Below are positions 9,425-17,949 of a stretch of 33,464 nucleotides of DNA, piece by piece. Within the stretch, counting starts at the first letter, position 1, and each line of letters begins with the position of its first letter. The DNA lies in assembly GCA_003132605.1 (NCBI GenBank), contig PKYJ01000028.1:1-33464 (forward strand), given 5' to 3'. The position numbers and the translations under genes were made by a program. The DNA comes from Peptococcaceae bacterium (GTDB lineage Bacteria; Bacillota; DSM-12270; Thermacetogeniales; Thermacetogeniaceae). The notes under the pieces are model-generated. The model did no database searches and was not told the origin of the DNA. It worked only from the letters and a program-made list of their open reading frames with translations.

Positions 9425-10396
9425 TTAAACAGTTCCCCCCGTTTGCGCAAGCACCTTTTCCAATGTTTTTTCGTCCTCGACATGGTCTACCCGGCACCCT
9501 GGCAGGATCCTCCTGATCAGTCCGGACAACACCTGGCCGGGGCCAACTTCCAAATAGTCTTTGAACCCCTCGCTTGCAAGTCTTTTTACCGACTCCTCCC
9601 AGAGCACCGGCGAGCTTACCTGGGCAGCCAGCAGGTCTTTGATGACGCCCGGACTGGATACCGCCTCCCCGGAGGCATTCATTACCAGAGTTACTTTGGG
9701 TGCGGAGAAGGTATACCCTTGCAGAAACAGCCTCAGGTCTTCGCTCACACCGGCCATCAAAGAGGTGTGAAAGGCGCCGCTGACCGCCAGCGTGGCAACT
9801 TTTCTGGCCCCCCTGCGGCGGGCCTCGGCGATGGCTTCATCCAGGGCCGCTCTCTCGCCGGAGATCACGATCTGGTTTGGGGCGTTGAAGTTTGCCAGTT
9901 GCACCACCCCCTTGGTTCCGGCCACCAGGCATATTTCCCGCACCGCCTCCTGCCCCAGACCGATCACGGCAGCCATGCCCCCCAGTCCGGAGGCAGCCGC
10001 CCGGTCCATCAACTCAGCCCGCTTGATCACGATCTCCAGGGCCGCAGCGAAGGATAGCACCCCAGCGGCGACCAGGGCCGTGTATTCTCCCAGGCTGTGG
10101 CCTGCGGCGGCCTGGCAGGTGACGCCGGACTCCTGCAGCACTTTCATGATGGCGATACTTGCCGTAAAAATTGCGGGCTGGGTGTACTTGGTCCGGCCTA
10201 ACACCTCTGCCGGCCCCTCGGCGCAAAGCTGCAACATCTGGTACCCGTCAACCTGCCCGGCCTGCTCGAAAACTTCGGCCGCCACCCGGCGCCGACGGAC
10301 GAGTTCGATACCCATGCCCACATACTGGGATCCCTGTCCCGGAAAGACGAAAGCCAGACTCAAATCACGACCGCCCTCCCATCCTCTCACTACCAT
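9425..10396 (-). CDS. fabD: ACP S-malonyltransferase
   Basis: Motifs AFVFPGQGSQYVGMG and the active-site GHSLGEYTALV. The start is uncertain. ATG at 10396 forms ATGGTAG with the stop of the fabH relic. TTG at 10363 (MSLAFVFPGQ) has GGGAGGG upstream. Confidence 0.9.
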   Translation of the reverse strand: MVVRGWEGGRDLSLAFVFPGQGSQYVGMGIELVRRRRVAAEVFEQAGQVDGYQMLQLCAEGPAEVLGRTKYTQPAIFTASIAIMKVLQESGVTCQAAAGHSLGEYTALVAAGVLSFAAALEIVIKRAELMDRAAASGLGGMAAVIGLGQEAVREICLVAGTKGVVQLANFNAPNQIVISGERAALDEAIAEARRRGARKVATLAVSGAFHTSLMAGVSEDLRLFLQGYTFSAPKVTLVMNASGEAVSSPGVIKDLLAAQVSSPVLWEESVKRLASEGFKDYLEVGPGQVLSGLIRRILPGCRVDHVEDEKTLEKVLAQTGGTV

Positions 10397-10643
10397 CTTA
10401 TTGTGCAGGCTGCCCAAGTCAATCCCGCTCCGAATGTTGACAGCACGACTACCACCCCTCCCTCACCAGGCCCTGATCCACAGCTTTGGACAGGGCCACG
10501 GGGCAGGTAGCGCCTGAGAGGTTGCCGTATTTCTCAATATTGACAAATACCTTGGACTCCGGCAGCCCCAGCCTCCGGCGCGCCGCTTCGATGATCCTCA
10601 GGTTCGCCCCAGTGATCCGTACCGGTCTCAGCCCTTCAGGATT
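10390..10643 (-). pseudogene. fabH: relic of beta-ketoacyl-ACP synthase III (C-terminal ~85 codons only, frameshifted)
   Basis: Frame A (10449-10643): NPEGLRPVRITGANLRIIEAARRRLGLPESKVFVNIEKYGNLSGATCPVALSKAVDQGLVREGW*. This resembles the FabH region ..HQANLRII....LGL...KV..N...YGNTSAASIP.AL. Frame B follows a -1 shift in a G-run: VVVVLSTFGAGLTWAACTIRW*, a FabH-like C-terminus. About 240 N-terminal codons, including the catalytic Cys, are absent. The His of HQAN is replaced (ITGAN). Confidence 0.65.
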
Positions 10644-11637
10644 CATGGCCCTGTTTCCACTCCTTCTGCAAGGATTCGACAAGGTTCTCTTTTACTGCTT
10701 TCGCTGTATAGCGGACGGCATTTTTAATGGCGCGGGCGCGGGAGGAACCGTGGCAGATCACGCTCAACCCGTTTATACCGAGCAGCGGCGCCCCCCCGTA
10801 TTCTGTGTAGTCCATCCTGCGAAAAATGTCGCCGAAGGCTGGCTTCACCAGCATACCGCCAAGCATCCGCAGGGGGTTCCGCTTCAATTCATCCCTGATC
10901 ATTCCGGTAAGGGTGGAGACGATCCCCTCAGCCAACTTCAGGGCAATGTTGCCGACAAAACCGTCGCAGGCGATCACATCCACGTCGGCGGTCAAAAACT
11001 CCCGCCCCTCGACATTGCCGGCAAAGTGCAGATCCCCGGCCTCAGCCAGGGCTTGATGGGCCTCGATGACCGCTCCGGTTCCCTTGGTAGCCTCGCTGCC
11101 CACACTGAGCAGGGCAACCCTGGGGTTGCCGATGCCCAGCACCTGCCTGGCATAATGGCTGCCCAGGTAGGCGAACTGCACCAGGTGGCTCGCCTTAGCA
11201 TCGACATTCGCTCCAGAATCGATCAGCACCTTGGGCCCCTTGGGAGACGGAAAAACGGTGGCGATTCCCGGGCGTTCGACGCCGGGCAGCCTCCCAAATT
11301 CGAAAAGCGCTGCTGTCATCTGAGCTCCGGTATTGCCAGCCGAAATGACAGCGGTTGCCTCGCCCTCTTTAACCAGCCTGGTAGCCACGACCAATGATGA
11401 GTTCCTTTTCCTCCTGACTGCGGACGCCGGGTGCTCATCCATGCCGATGACTTCTTCAGCGTTTCTGACGGTGATTGCCTCGCTGGGATAGCGGTACTTT
11501 TTCAGTTCTGCCTCTATCAACTCCTGATGACCGACCAGGATCACCCGGGCAAAACCACTGTTGACCGCGTTGACAGCACCCTTTATGACCTCCACCGGGG
11601 CATGATCGCCCCCCATGGCATCAACGGCAATGCTCAC
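10636..11637 (-). CDS. plsX: phosphate acyltransferase PlsX
   Basis: 333-aa ORF MSIAVDAMGGDHAP...; the fapR-plsX-fab synteny supports the call. Confidence 0.95.
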   Translation of the reverse strand: MSIAVDAMGGDHAPVEVIKGAVNAVNSGFARVILVGHQELIEAELKKYRYPSEAITVRNAEEVIGMDEHPASAVRRKRNSSLVVATRLVKEGEATAVISAGNTGAQMTAALFEFGRLPGVERPGIATVFPSPKGPKVLIDSGANVDAKASHLVQFAYLGSHYARQVLGIGNPRVALLSVGSEATKGTGAVIEAHQALAEAGDLHFAGNVEGREFLTADVDVIACDGFVGNIALKLAEGIVSTLTGMIRDELKRNPLRMLGGMLVKPAFGDIFRRMDYTEYGGAPLLGINGLSVICHGSSRARAIKNAVRYTAKAVKENLVESLQKEWKQGHES

Positions 11638-12209
11638 AGGTCATTCATCTCCTTCGCCACAACGGTAAAACGGCCCCTCAAGACCTCTGCGCTGCCTACC
11701 TTGGAATTCACCTTGATGACAAAACTCTTGCCCTTCTGGCCCACGATCTCGGCATAGGCCACCACCTTGTCCTTTAAAAAAACAGGGGTTAAATAACGTA
11801 CAGAGGCGCTGCCTGTCAACACCACGTCTGCATTGATCAGCGCCACCGCCAGGGAATTGGCCTGAGCGAAGAGGTAATGCCCGCGCAGGATCTTGGTCTT
11901 GGAAAACACCATATCCTTTTTGACCTCGAGGACTGTAATGCCTCTTTTGCCTACATCCAGCTCCAGTATGTCACCGATCAGCTCACCCGCGCCCAATGAG
12001 CGGATCTGGCCGTAAAACTGCTCGGCGACGTCCTTGGTCCGCACCCGCAGTTCGGGAATACCCAGATCCAGGCGGTCCAGGCGCACGGTGGGGACGCTAA
12101 CGAACAATAATTCCGCCAACTCCTCATCGGTCAGAAACGGGTTCTCCTGCAACTGGCTTACCATGACCTGCTGCCTCTCCCGCTTATACCGGTTCCTTTT
12201 CAAGACCAC
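11634..12209 (-). CDS. fapR: fatty acid/phospholipid biosynthesis transcription factor FapR
   Basis: KRERQQ..L..NPFLTDEELAELLFVSVPTVRLDRLDLGIPELRVRTK followed by a thioesterase-like fold. The likely start is GTG at 12209, 9 nt after AGGAG. The track's 12275 start adds an implausible leader. Confidence 0.85.
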   Translation of the reverse strand: MVLKRNRYKRERQQVMVSQLQENPFLTDEELAELLFVSVPTVRLDRLDLGIPELRVRTKDVAEQFYGQIRSLGAGELIGDILELDVGKRGITVLEVKKDMVFSKTKILRGHYLFAQANSLAVALINADVVLTGSASVRYLTPVFLKDKVVAYAEIVGQKGKSFVIKVNSKVGSAEVLRGRFTVVAKEMNDL

Positions 12210-12273
12210 CGCAACCCACTCCTGCTTAATACCTAATCTTATTACCAAGTAACAATGAATAGTATAATGTACC

Positions 12274-12311
12274 AAAATAAAAAAGACAAGCAGGTTTCGC
12301 CCACACTTGTC
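12274..12311 (-). terminator. putative intrinsic terminator after rpmF
   Basis: Minus strand GACAAGUG-(loop)-UGCUUGUC followed by UUUUUUAUUUU. The stem is short and includes G-U pairs. Confidence 0.5.
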
Positions 12312-12347
12312 CTAATGGCCGTTAGCCGTTGGTCGTTGTCCTTTCTT

Positions 12348-12521
12348 CTACTTCTCCAGAACCTCCAACTCCCGGTAGTAACCGCATGCCTGGCAGACCC
12401 GGTGAGCCATTTTCGGTTCGTGGCAGCGCGGGCAGTTGATCACAGTCGGGCTGGCAATCTTGATCATGGACCTTCTCTTATTTTTCCGTGCTTTCGATGT
12501 TCTACGCTTGGGTACACCCAT
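12348..12521 (-). CDS. rpmF: 50S ribosomal protein L32
   Basis: Absent from the ORF track (57 aa). Translated by hand: MGVPKRRTSKARKNKRRSMIKIASPTVINCPRCHEPKMAHRVCQACGYYRELEVLEK*. SD GGGGGTGAGGA lies upstream. It is a Zn-ribbon (CxxC...CxxC) form, with the ylbN-rpmF synteny. Confidence 0.9.
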   Translation of the reverse strand: MGVPKRRTSKARKNKRRSMIKIASPTVINCPRCHEPKMAHRVCQACGYYRELEVLEK

Positions 12522-12533
12522 GTCCTCACCCCC

Positions 12534-12657
12534 TTCAACTGGGTCTTGGCTTCAGTGGCCCCCACTGAAGCTTAGAGCCAGTTAATACAGTGGCGTACCC
12601 GCTCTAATACCACCGCTTCGAAAGAAGCGGGGGTATTAGAGCGGGTAGTCATCTGTG
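12534..12657 (-). repeat. full composite repeat (module B + module A), reverse orientation relative to 29151-29273
   Basis: TTCAACTGGGTCTTGGCTTCAGTGGCCCCCACTGAAGCTTAGAGCCAGTTAA + TACAGTGGC + GTACCCGCTCTAATACCACCGCTTCGAAAGAAGCGGGGGTATTAGAGCGGGTAGTCATCTGTG. It fills the spacer from 1 nt after the ylbN stop (12659) to the rpmF SD. Confidence 0.85.
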
Positions 12658-12658
12658 A

Positions 12659-13189
12659 TTAATCTTTCAACTGCTTCAGGTATTCACCCAGGCCGGCCAG
12701 CCTCGGGTCCGGCGCCTGCGGACCGCAATCGCAATGATCGATATTGAGATTGCACCCGCAAGAAGGGCACAGGCCCTTGCAGTCCGGGCGACAGACCGGC
12801 TTCATGGGCAGCGCCAGAACCAGGCTCTCGATGATCACGTCCCTGAGATCTATCTGTTCCCCGCTGTATATCCGTCCGGTATTATCCAGGTCGCCTTCTT
12901 CTACACTGCCTGCGGCATAATAGGTCTCCTCGAAGGAGGATGCGACGGGGATGGTAAAGGACGTGAGGCAACAACTGCAGTTAAGATCGGCTTTCGCCTC
13001 GATGCTGCCCCTGATGTAGATCTTGCCGCCGACGTTATTTGCCTCTCCCTCAACCAGTACCTCAGTAAAAACGAACAGGTCGCCCCGTAGTTCGATCTCC
13101 AGGCGGGAGTCCCTGCCGGCGAACTCTTTCTCGTTGCCTGTCTGCCTGCGCAGGTCAGCGACCTCTAACAACAAGTGCACCACCCCCAA
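12659..13189 (-). CDS. yceD: YceD/YlbN family DUF177 protein (large-subunit rRNA accumulation protein)
   Basis: C-terminal Cys cluster ...CRPDCKGLCPSCGCNLNIDHCDC... is typical of DUF177, and the gene lies upstream of rpmF. The true start is probably a few codons inside (TTG near 13174). A consensus promoter ends only about 14 nt upstream of 13189. Confidence 0.85.
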   Translation of the reverse strand: MGVVHLLLEVADLRRQTGNEKEFAGRDSRLEIELRGDLFVFTEVLVEGEANNVGGKIYIRGSIEAKADLNCSCCLTSFTIPVASSFEETYYAAGSVEEGDLDNTGRIYSGEQIDLRDVIIESLVLALPMKPVCRPDCKGLCPSCGCNLNIDHCDCGPQAPDPRLAGLGEYLKQLKD

Positions 13190-13202
13190 TCAACCATTCC
13201 AC

Positions 13203-13231
13203 ATTATACCGGCGGCGAATAGGGATGTCAA
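13203..13231 (-). promoter_or_regulatory. sigma-A type promoter for ylbN-rpmF
   Basis: Minus strand reads TTGACA-17 nt-TATAAT. Both hexamers are perfect consensus. Confidence 0.6.
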
Positions 13232-13240
13232 TTAAGAGGC

Positions 13241-13278
13241 AAGAAGAGCAAAGAGGGGAAGGTCCTCGCCCTTCCCCT
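13241..13278 (-). terminator. putative intrinsic terminator after ackA
   Basis: Minus strand AGGGGAAGG-GCGAGGA-CCUUCCCCU followed by the U-rich CUUUGCUCUUCUU. Confidence 0.5.
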
Positions 13279-13308
13279 TCACTGCTTTATTGTCTTGACT
13301 GGCGCGTT

Positions 13309-14652
13309 TTACTGACCGGGAACCTTGGCCTGGGCCTTAGCCATCTCCGGCTTCTTCTGGAGCTGCTTCTCCAGCTCGTCGTCACGCTGCTTGTTCTGGT
13401 ATGCCGGGTCCTGGAAGGAGTATTTGAAGTTGGTGTGCACGTCGTAGGTTCCGTTCATGATCGCGATCGTGTCTTCCACAATGATGAGTTCCTCGTCGGT
13501 GGGAATGACGAAGATCTTGACCTTGGAATCCGGCGCCGAGATATCGGATTCCATGTTCCTGGTGCGGGCTACCTTGTTCTTCTCGGGGTCGAACTTGATG
13601 CCCATGAACTCCAGGCCCTCCAACGCCTTGGCCCGGATGTCCGACGCCATCTCGCCCACACCGGCCGTCCAGACGACGGCATCGATGCCACCCACGGCTG
13701 CACTGTACGCGCCGATGTACTTCTTGATCCGGTAGGTCTCCACCTCGAAGGCCAACCTCGCCCTGGCGTCGCCCTTCTCCGCAGCCTCAAGCACGTCGCG
13801 GCGGTCGGTGTACTGCCCGGTGAGGCCCAGCAGGCCGCTCTTCTTGTTCAAGGTGTTGTCCATATCCTTCGGCGAAATGTTCTCTTTCTGCATCACGTAG
13901 AAGTCCAGGGCGGCGTCGTGGTCGCCGGCCCGGGTGCCCATAACCAGGCCCTCGAGCGGGGTGAAGCCCATGCTGGTGTCGAAGGAGATCCCTTTCTTGA
14001 CGGCGTTGGCGCTCACGCCGTTGCCGATGTGCAGGGAGACCAGGTTGACGTCGAAGGGGTCCTTGCCCAATAGCACCGCTGCCCGCTTGGCCACGTACAG
14101 CAGGGAGGTGCCATGGAAGCCGTAGCGGCGCACCCGGTACTTTTCATACCAGGCATAGGGTACGGCATACATATACTGCGGAGACAGCATCGTCTGGTGC
14201 CAGGCGGTATCCATCACCGCCACGTGGGTCACGTTGGGCAACATTGACTGGGCGGCCTCGATGCCGAGGATGTTGGGCGGATTGTGCAAGGGCGCCAGAG
14301 CCTGCAACTCCTTGAAGGTATTCAGCACTTCCGTGTTAATCTTGACTGACTTGATAAAATTCTCGCCGCCGTGCACCACCCGGTGTCCGACAGCGTCAAT
14401 CTCCTTGACGTTCTTCAAGACGCCGTGCTCCGGGCTCACCAGCAGGTCGAGGATCAGGTGCACCGCTTGCGTGTGAGTCGGACAGTCGTGCGCGATCTTG
14501 ACGGCGTCTCTTCCTGGCACTTCGTGGACGCAGAAGGATTCCCCGATGGTCACGCGCTCGACGATACCCTTGGCCATGATCTCCTTCTTTTCCCAGTCGT
14601 AGACCAGATACTTGGCAGAAGAACTACCGCAGTTCAGAACCATAATCTTCAT
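13309..14652 (-). CDS. ackA: acetate kinase (with ~45-aa C-terminal extension)
   Basis: MKIMVLNCGSSSAKY..., HRVVHGG, FHGTS, IPTDEELIIVEDT. The ATG at 14652 has GGAAGGGGAAG upstream. The track's start at 14694 is less likely. Confidence 0.9.
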   Translation of the reverse strand: MKIMVLNCGSSSAKYLVYDWEKKEIMAKGIVERVTIGESFCVHEVPGRDAVKIAHDCPTHTQAVHLILDLLVSPEHGVLKNVKEIDAVGHRVVHGGENFIKSVKINTEVLNTFKELQALAPLHNPPNILGIEAAQSMLPNVTHVAVMDTAWHQTMLSPQYMYAVPYAWYEKYRVRRYGFHGTSLLYVAKRAAVLLGKDPFDVNLVSLHIGNGVSANAVKKGISFDTSMGFTPLEGLVMGTRAGDHDAALDFYVMQKENISPKDMDNTLNKKSGLLGLTGQYTDRRDVLEAAEKGDARARLAFEVETYRIKKYIGAYSAAVGGIDAVVWTAGVGEMASDIRAKALEGLEFMGIKFDPEKNKVARTRNMESDISAPDSKVKIFVIPTDEELIIVEDTIAIMNGTYDVHTNFKYSFQDPAYQNKQRDDELEKQLQKKPEMAKAQAKVPGQ

Positions 14653-14702
14653 GTTTCTTCCCCTTCCCTTTTTATAATATGTTATTGCCTTCAACGATTG
14701 CC

Positions 14703-15728
14703 TTAGTACGGAACCATGGCCTGAACCGCCACGATGGCCGACACGTTGGCAATATCCTCGGCTTTGCAGCCGCGTGAGAGGTCATTGATCGGCTTGGCCA
14801 GCCCTTGCAGCAACGGGCCATAGGCCTCTGCGCCGGCAAGGCGTTCCGTCAACTTATAGGCGATGTTTCCGGCGTTGAGGTCCGGGAAGATCAAAATGTT
14901 GGCCCGTCCCGCAACCGGGCTCCCCGGCGCCTTCTTACGCCCGATCTCCGGAACGAGGGCGGCATCCCCCTGCAGTTCCCCGTCGATCAGCAGGTCCGGG
15001 CGCTTCTGGTTGGCGATCTTGGTGGCCTCGATCACCTTGTCCACGATCGGATGGGTGGCGCTGCCCTTGGTGGAATAGGAAAGCATCGCCGCCCGGGCTT
15101 CTGGCACGCCAAAGATGTTCTTTATTGTGATGCAGGTGGTAATGGCGATCTCCGCCAACTCTTCCGCGGTGGGGTTCGGGTGTCCGCCGGAATCCGCATA
15201 GAGAAGGAAGCCATTTTCGCCGTATGGGCAGTTGGGGATGATCATGGCGAAATAGGCCGAGGCAATGGAGATCCCCTTGGCTGTCTTGAGGATCTGGTAG
15301 GCCGGCCTTTCAACATCGGCAGAGGTGTTGACGGCCCCAGCCACCATCCCATCGGCATCGTCGAGTTTAATCGCCATTACCGAGAAGTAGATCTTGCTCT
15401 TTAAAAGCTGCCTGGCATCACCGATCGAGGCGATCTTGCCTTTCCTGATCTCAAAGAGCTTCTCCGCATACTCGTCGATCCGGTCGAATTTCTCGTGGTC
15501 CAGCACCGGTATGCCGTCGATGTTCACGCCGGCTTCCTTGGCCTTCTTTCTAACCTCGTCATCCTTCCCGACCAGAACAATTTTGCCCAGTCCTGCCTCC
15601 TTAACCAGTTCCGCAGCCCTGAGAGTGCGTTCATCTTCCGTTTCCGGCAGGTAAACTGTCTTTTGTCCCTGGCGTGCCTTTTCCCAAACATACTCCATAA
15701 TAGCATTCTTGGGTGCAAACTTCGCCAT
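14703..15728 (-). CDS. pta: phosphate acetyltransferase
   Basis: 341-aa PTA_PTB family protein (..VYLPETEDERTLRAA...MVAGAVNTSADV...SYSTKGS...IFPDLNAGNIAYK). The pta-ackA pair supports the call. Confidence 0.9.
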   Translation of the reverse strand: MAKFAPKNAIMEYVWEKARQGQKTVYLPETEDERTLRAAELVKEAGLGKIVLVGKDDEVRKKAKEAGVNIDGIPVLDHEKFDRIDEYAEKLFEIRKGKIASIGDARQLLKSKIYFSVMAIKLDDADGMVAGAVNTSADVERPAYQILKTAKGISIASAYFAMIIPNCPYGENGFLLYADSGGHPNPTAEELAEIAITTCITIKNIFGVPEARAAMLSYSTKGSATHPIVDKVIEATKIANQKRPDLLIDGELQGDAALVPEIGRKKAPGSPVAGRANILIFPDLNAGNIAYKLTERLAGAEAYGPLLQGLAKPINDLSRGCKAEDIANVSAIVAVQAMVPY

Positions 15729-15982
15729 CGCTTTCCCTCCCTGAAAGAATAATTTGACTTAATTATATATCAATATCCTTTTTTTTGAAATACATCCACG
15801 AAAGAAAGACCCAGCATCACTCCCTTCAGGAAGTGACTACAAAACAGAACCCTAATAAATCATGCTTTCCTCTGCTAAATTACACCACCCCTTTCTTGAG
15901 GTCTATTTTCTACAAGAAGCTTGTATAATCCTTCCGAGACCAAGTTTTTTCTTGAAGAACCCCGCGAAAGAGGGAATTATTC

Positions 15983-17260
15983 TTGTTCAGCCCAGCACTC
16001 AATGAAATCAATAAACGCAACGATAAAACAAAAACCCACGATAAGTCCAATGCTCAACGGATAGCGCATTATTTTGAGTGCTGGATCTGGATTCTCGCCT
16101 GTCTGGGTTTCGGGATCGGGATTATCCACTACCCGACGGTGGCATTTGCCGCTGCCCGGCGCGGCCTGTTGACCTGGTGGGAGATCGTGCTGCCCAGCCT
16201 GATGCCCTTTTTTATCGTGAGCGAACTGCTGATGGGCTTAGGTTTCGTTGCCCTGTTCGGCGCCCTGCTGGAACCGGTCATGCGCCCGTTATTCAATCTC
16301 CCGGGCAGCGCCGGCTTTGTTATCGCAGTGAGCTACACCTCCGGTTTTCCGCTCTGCGCCGTGCTCACCTCCCGCATCCGGAGCGATCATCTCTGCACCC
16401 GGAACGAGGGCGAGAGGCTGCTGGCTTTTACCAGCAACGCCAGTCCATTGTTCATGCTGGGGGCGGTCAGCGTCGGCATGTACAGAAATCCGGCGCTCGG
16501 GCCTTTAATCGCCGGCATCCACTATCTCTCCAATCTCCTGTGCGGAATACTGCTCCGATTTACGTCACAGCCGCCTTTCGGCCTGAAACCGGACGAGCGC
16601 CTCAAACAGGGCCTGGCGCCAAGGGTGGGTCCATTGCTGCGGGTTTCCCGTCTGGAAAAGCAGAACTTCGGGTCTCTGTTGGGTGAAACCATACAGAAAA
16701 CCAGCATCACTTTGCTGACAATCGGAGGGTTTATCACGATCTTCTCGGTGCTGATCGGGATCATGGAGGCGGCGGGCTTCTTCAACGCGCTCATCACTGC
16801 GCTGGCACCGGTTGCGCAACTGTTCCACATCGATGCGAGTCTCTTGAGAGCGCTGATGTACGGCCTTTTTGAAATCACCATCGGTATCAACGAGGCGAGC
16901 AAGAGTTCGGGCAGCTTCGTCCAGCAGTTGTTGGTGATCGAAGTGCTGCTGGCATGGAACGGGCTTGCGGTGCAGGCCCAGGTGGCAGGAATGATGGTGG
17001 GGAGCGACCTGCGCCTCTGGCTCTACCTGTTGACCAGGTGCCTGCAGGCGCCTATAGCGGTTCTAATGGTCTACCTGGTGACCCTGCTGCCGGTCCGGGA
17101 TTACCTGACGTACCCGGCACTGGCAACGGGGCCTGCGGCGTCCTGGTTTCCCTGGGTATCCGGAGCATGCGTGCCGGCAGGAATTGTCCTGGCGCTGTTT
17201 ACCGGATACACACTCAAAAAATGGTGGGTCCGTCTGAAAAATATCATCATCATCCGTTGA
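15983..17260 (+). CDS. ylbJ: sporulation integral membrane protein YlbJ (nucleoside-recognition/Gate domain)
   Basis: 425-aa polytopic membrane ORF (..GLLTWWEIVLPSLMPFFIVSELLMGLG..). TTG start 6 nt after AAAGAGGGAA. It is divergent from pta and next to coaD, as in Bacillus ylbI/ylbJ. Confidence 0.75.
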   Translation: MFSPALNEINKRNDKTKTHDKSNAQRIAHYFECWIWILACLGFGIGIIHYPTVAFAAARRGLLTWWEIVLPSLMPFFIVSELLMGLGFVALFGALLEPVMRPLFNLPGSAGFVIAVSYTSGFPLCAVLTSRIRSDHLCTRNEGERLLAFTSNASPLFMLGAVSVGMYRNPALGPLIAGIHYLSNLLCGILLRFTSQPPFGLKPDERLKQGLAPRVGPLLRVSRLEKQNFGSLLGETIQKTSITLLTIGGFITIFSVLIGIMEAAGFFNALITALAPVAQLFHIDASLLRALMYGLFEITIGINEASKSSGSFVQQLLVIEVLLAWNGLAVQAQVAGMMVGSDLRLWLYLLTRCLQAPIAVLMVYLVTLLPVRDYLTYPALATGPAASWFPWVSGACVPAGIVLALFTGYTLKKWWVRLKNIIIIR

Positions 17261-17267
17261 CTGCCGG

Positions 17268-17729
17268 CTACCGGTCTCTCTTCAGTTGGCCCAGCTCTTC
17301 CCGGCCGCTGCGGATCATGGCCAGGTTCTGCTCGAGGTTTGCCTCCAGGTTGCTCATGATGTCATCGGCGTACCGGGTGGCGTTGTTCTTGATCTCATAA
17401 GCTACTCGCCGGCTCTGGGCCACAATCTCTTCAGCAGCCGCCTCGGCGCGCTTGACCACCTCGCTATCCCCGATCATACCGTCGATCCGCTGGTTGGTCT
17501 CTGCCAAGATGCGCTCCACATCCACCCGGGCGTCCTCCATCAGGTGTTCCCGGTCCTTGACCATCAGCTTTGCCTGGCGGAGCTCCTCCGGAAGCAGCGC
17601 CCTGATCCGGTCGATGTAATCCAACAACGCTTCTTCACCCACCAAAACCTTGTCGGTCATCGGCACGCGCCTGCAGCTTTGAATGTGCTCTTCCAGTTCT
17701 TCCAACAGTTTGAATACATCCTTGGACAT
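17268..17729 (-). CDS. hypothetical coiled-coil protein (family not recognised with confidence)
   Basis: The ATG at 17729 lies 9 nt after GAGGGGGGAG and gives MSKDVFKLLEELEEHIQSCRRVPMTDKVLV...IRSGREELGQLKRDR (153 aa). The track ORF extends to 18047, overlaps coaD by ~100 nt and runs through a TCGA-repeat region. An ATG at 17957 is an alternative start. Confidence 0.6.
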   Translation of the reverse strand: MSKDVFKLLEELEEHIQSCRRVPMTDKVLVGEEALLDYIDRIRALLPEELRQAKLMVKDREHLMEDARVDVERILAETNQRIDGMIGDSEVVKRAEAAAEEIVAQSRRVAYEIKNNATRYADDIMSNLEANLEQNLAMIRSGREELGQLKRDR

Positions 17730-17949
17730 ATCCACAGGCTCCCCCCTCACTTCTGAAAGTTCGATGTTCGAAGCGCGCCCGCAAGCGGGCACCCGTTCGA
17801 TTATTTCCACGTCTGGATGAGTCTGCTCGGTTGTCGACCCTCTCGACGTTGGAAGTTCGGCATTCGATGTTCGATTTTCTTCGATGTCCGAAGCTAGGTG
17901 TTCGATTAGCTTTCCCTTTGAATCTCGAACCTCTAACCTCGAAACATCA

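Noticed and set aside
12255-12280. Possible FapR operator (TTGGTACATTATACTA on the minus strand) in the fapR promoter region.
   Set aside because: It only partly resembles the inverted-repeat operator as I remember it. I cannot support the consensus precisely from memory, so it is not reported as a feature.
12534-12657. Possibility that the dispersed repeats are a CRISPR array or CRISPR remnants.
   Set aside because: The copies are kilobases apart and occur in both orientations. They are about 60-123 bp long with internal palindromes far longer than CRISPR repeats. There are no regularly sized spacers and no cas genes in the window.
17760-17900. Spo0A boxes (TGNCGAA) among the TCGA-rich repeats.
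   Set aside because: Only near-matches occur (TGTTCGAA, TGTCCGAA, TGTCGAC), each with an extra or altered base. This is too weak to call by eye.
17900-17945. tRNA-like T-arm strings (GGTTCGAG, GTTCGAT) in the coaD-distal spacer.
   Set aside because: No acceptor stem, anticodon arm or D-arm can be drawn around them. They are part of the TCGA-rich repeat motif.
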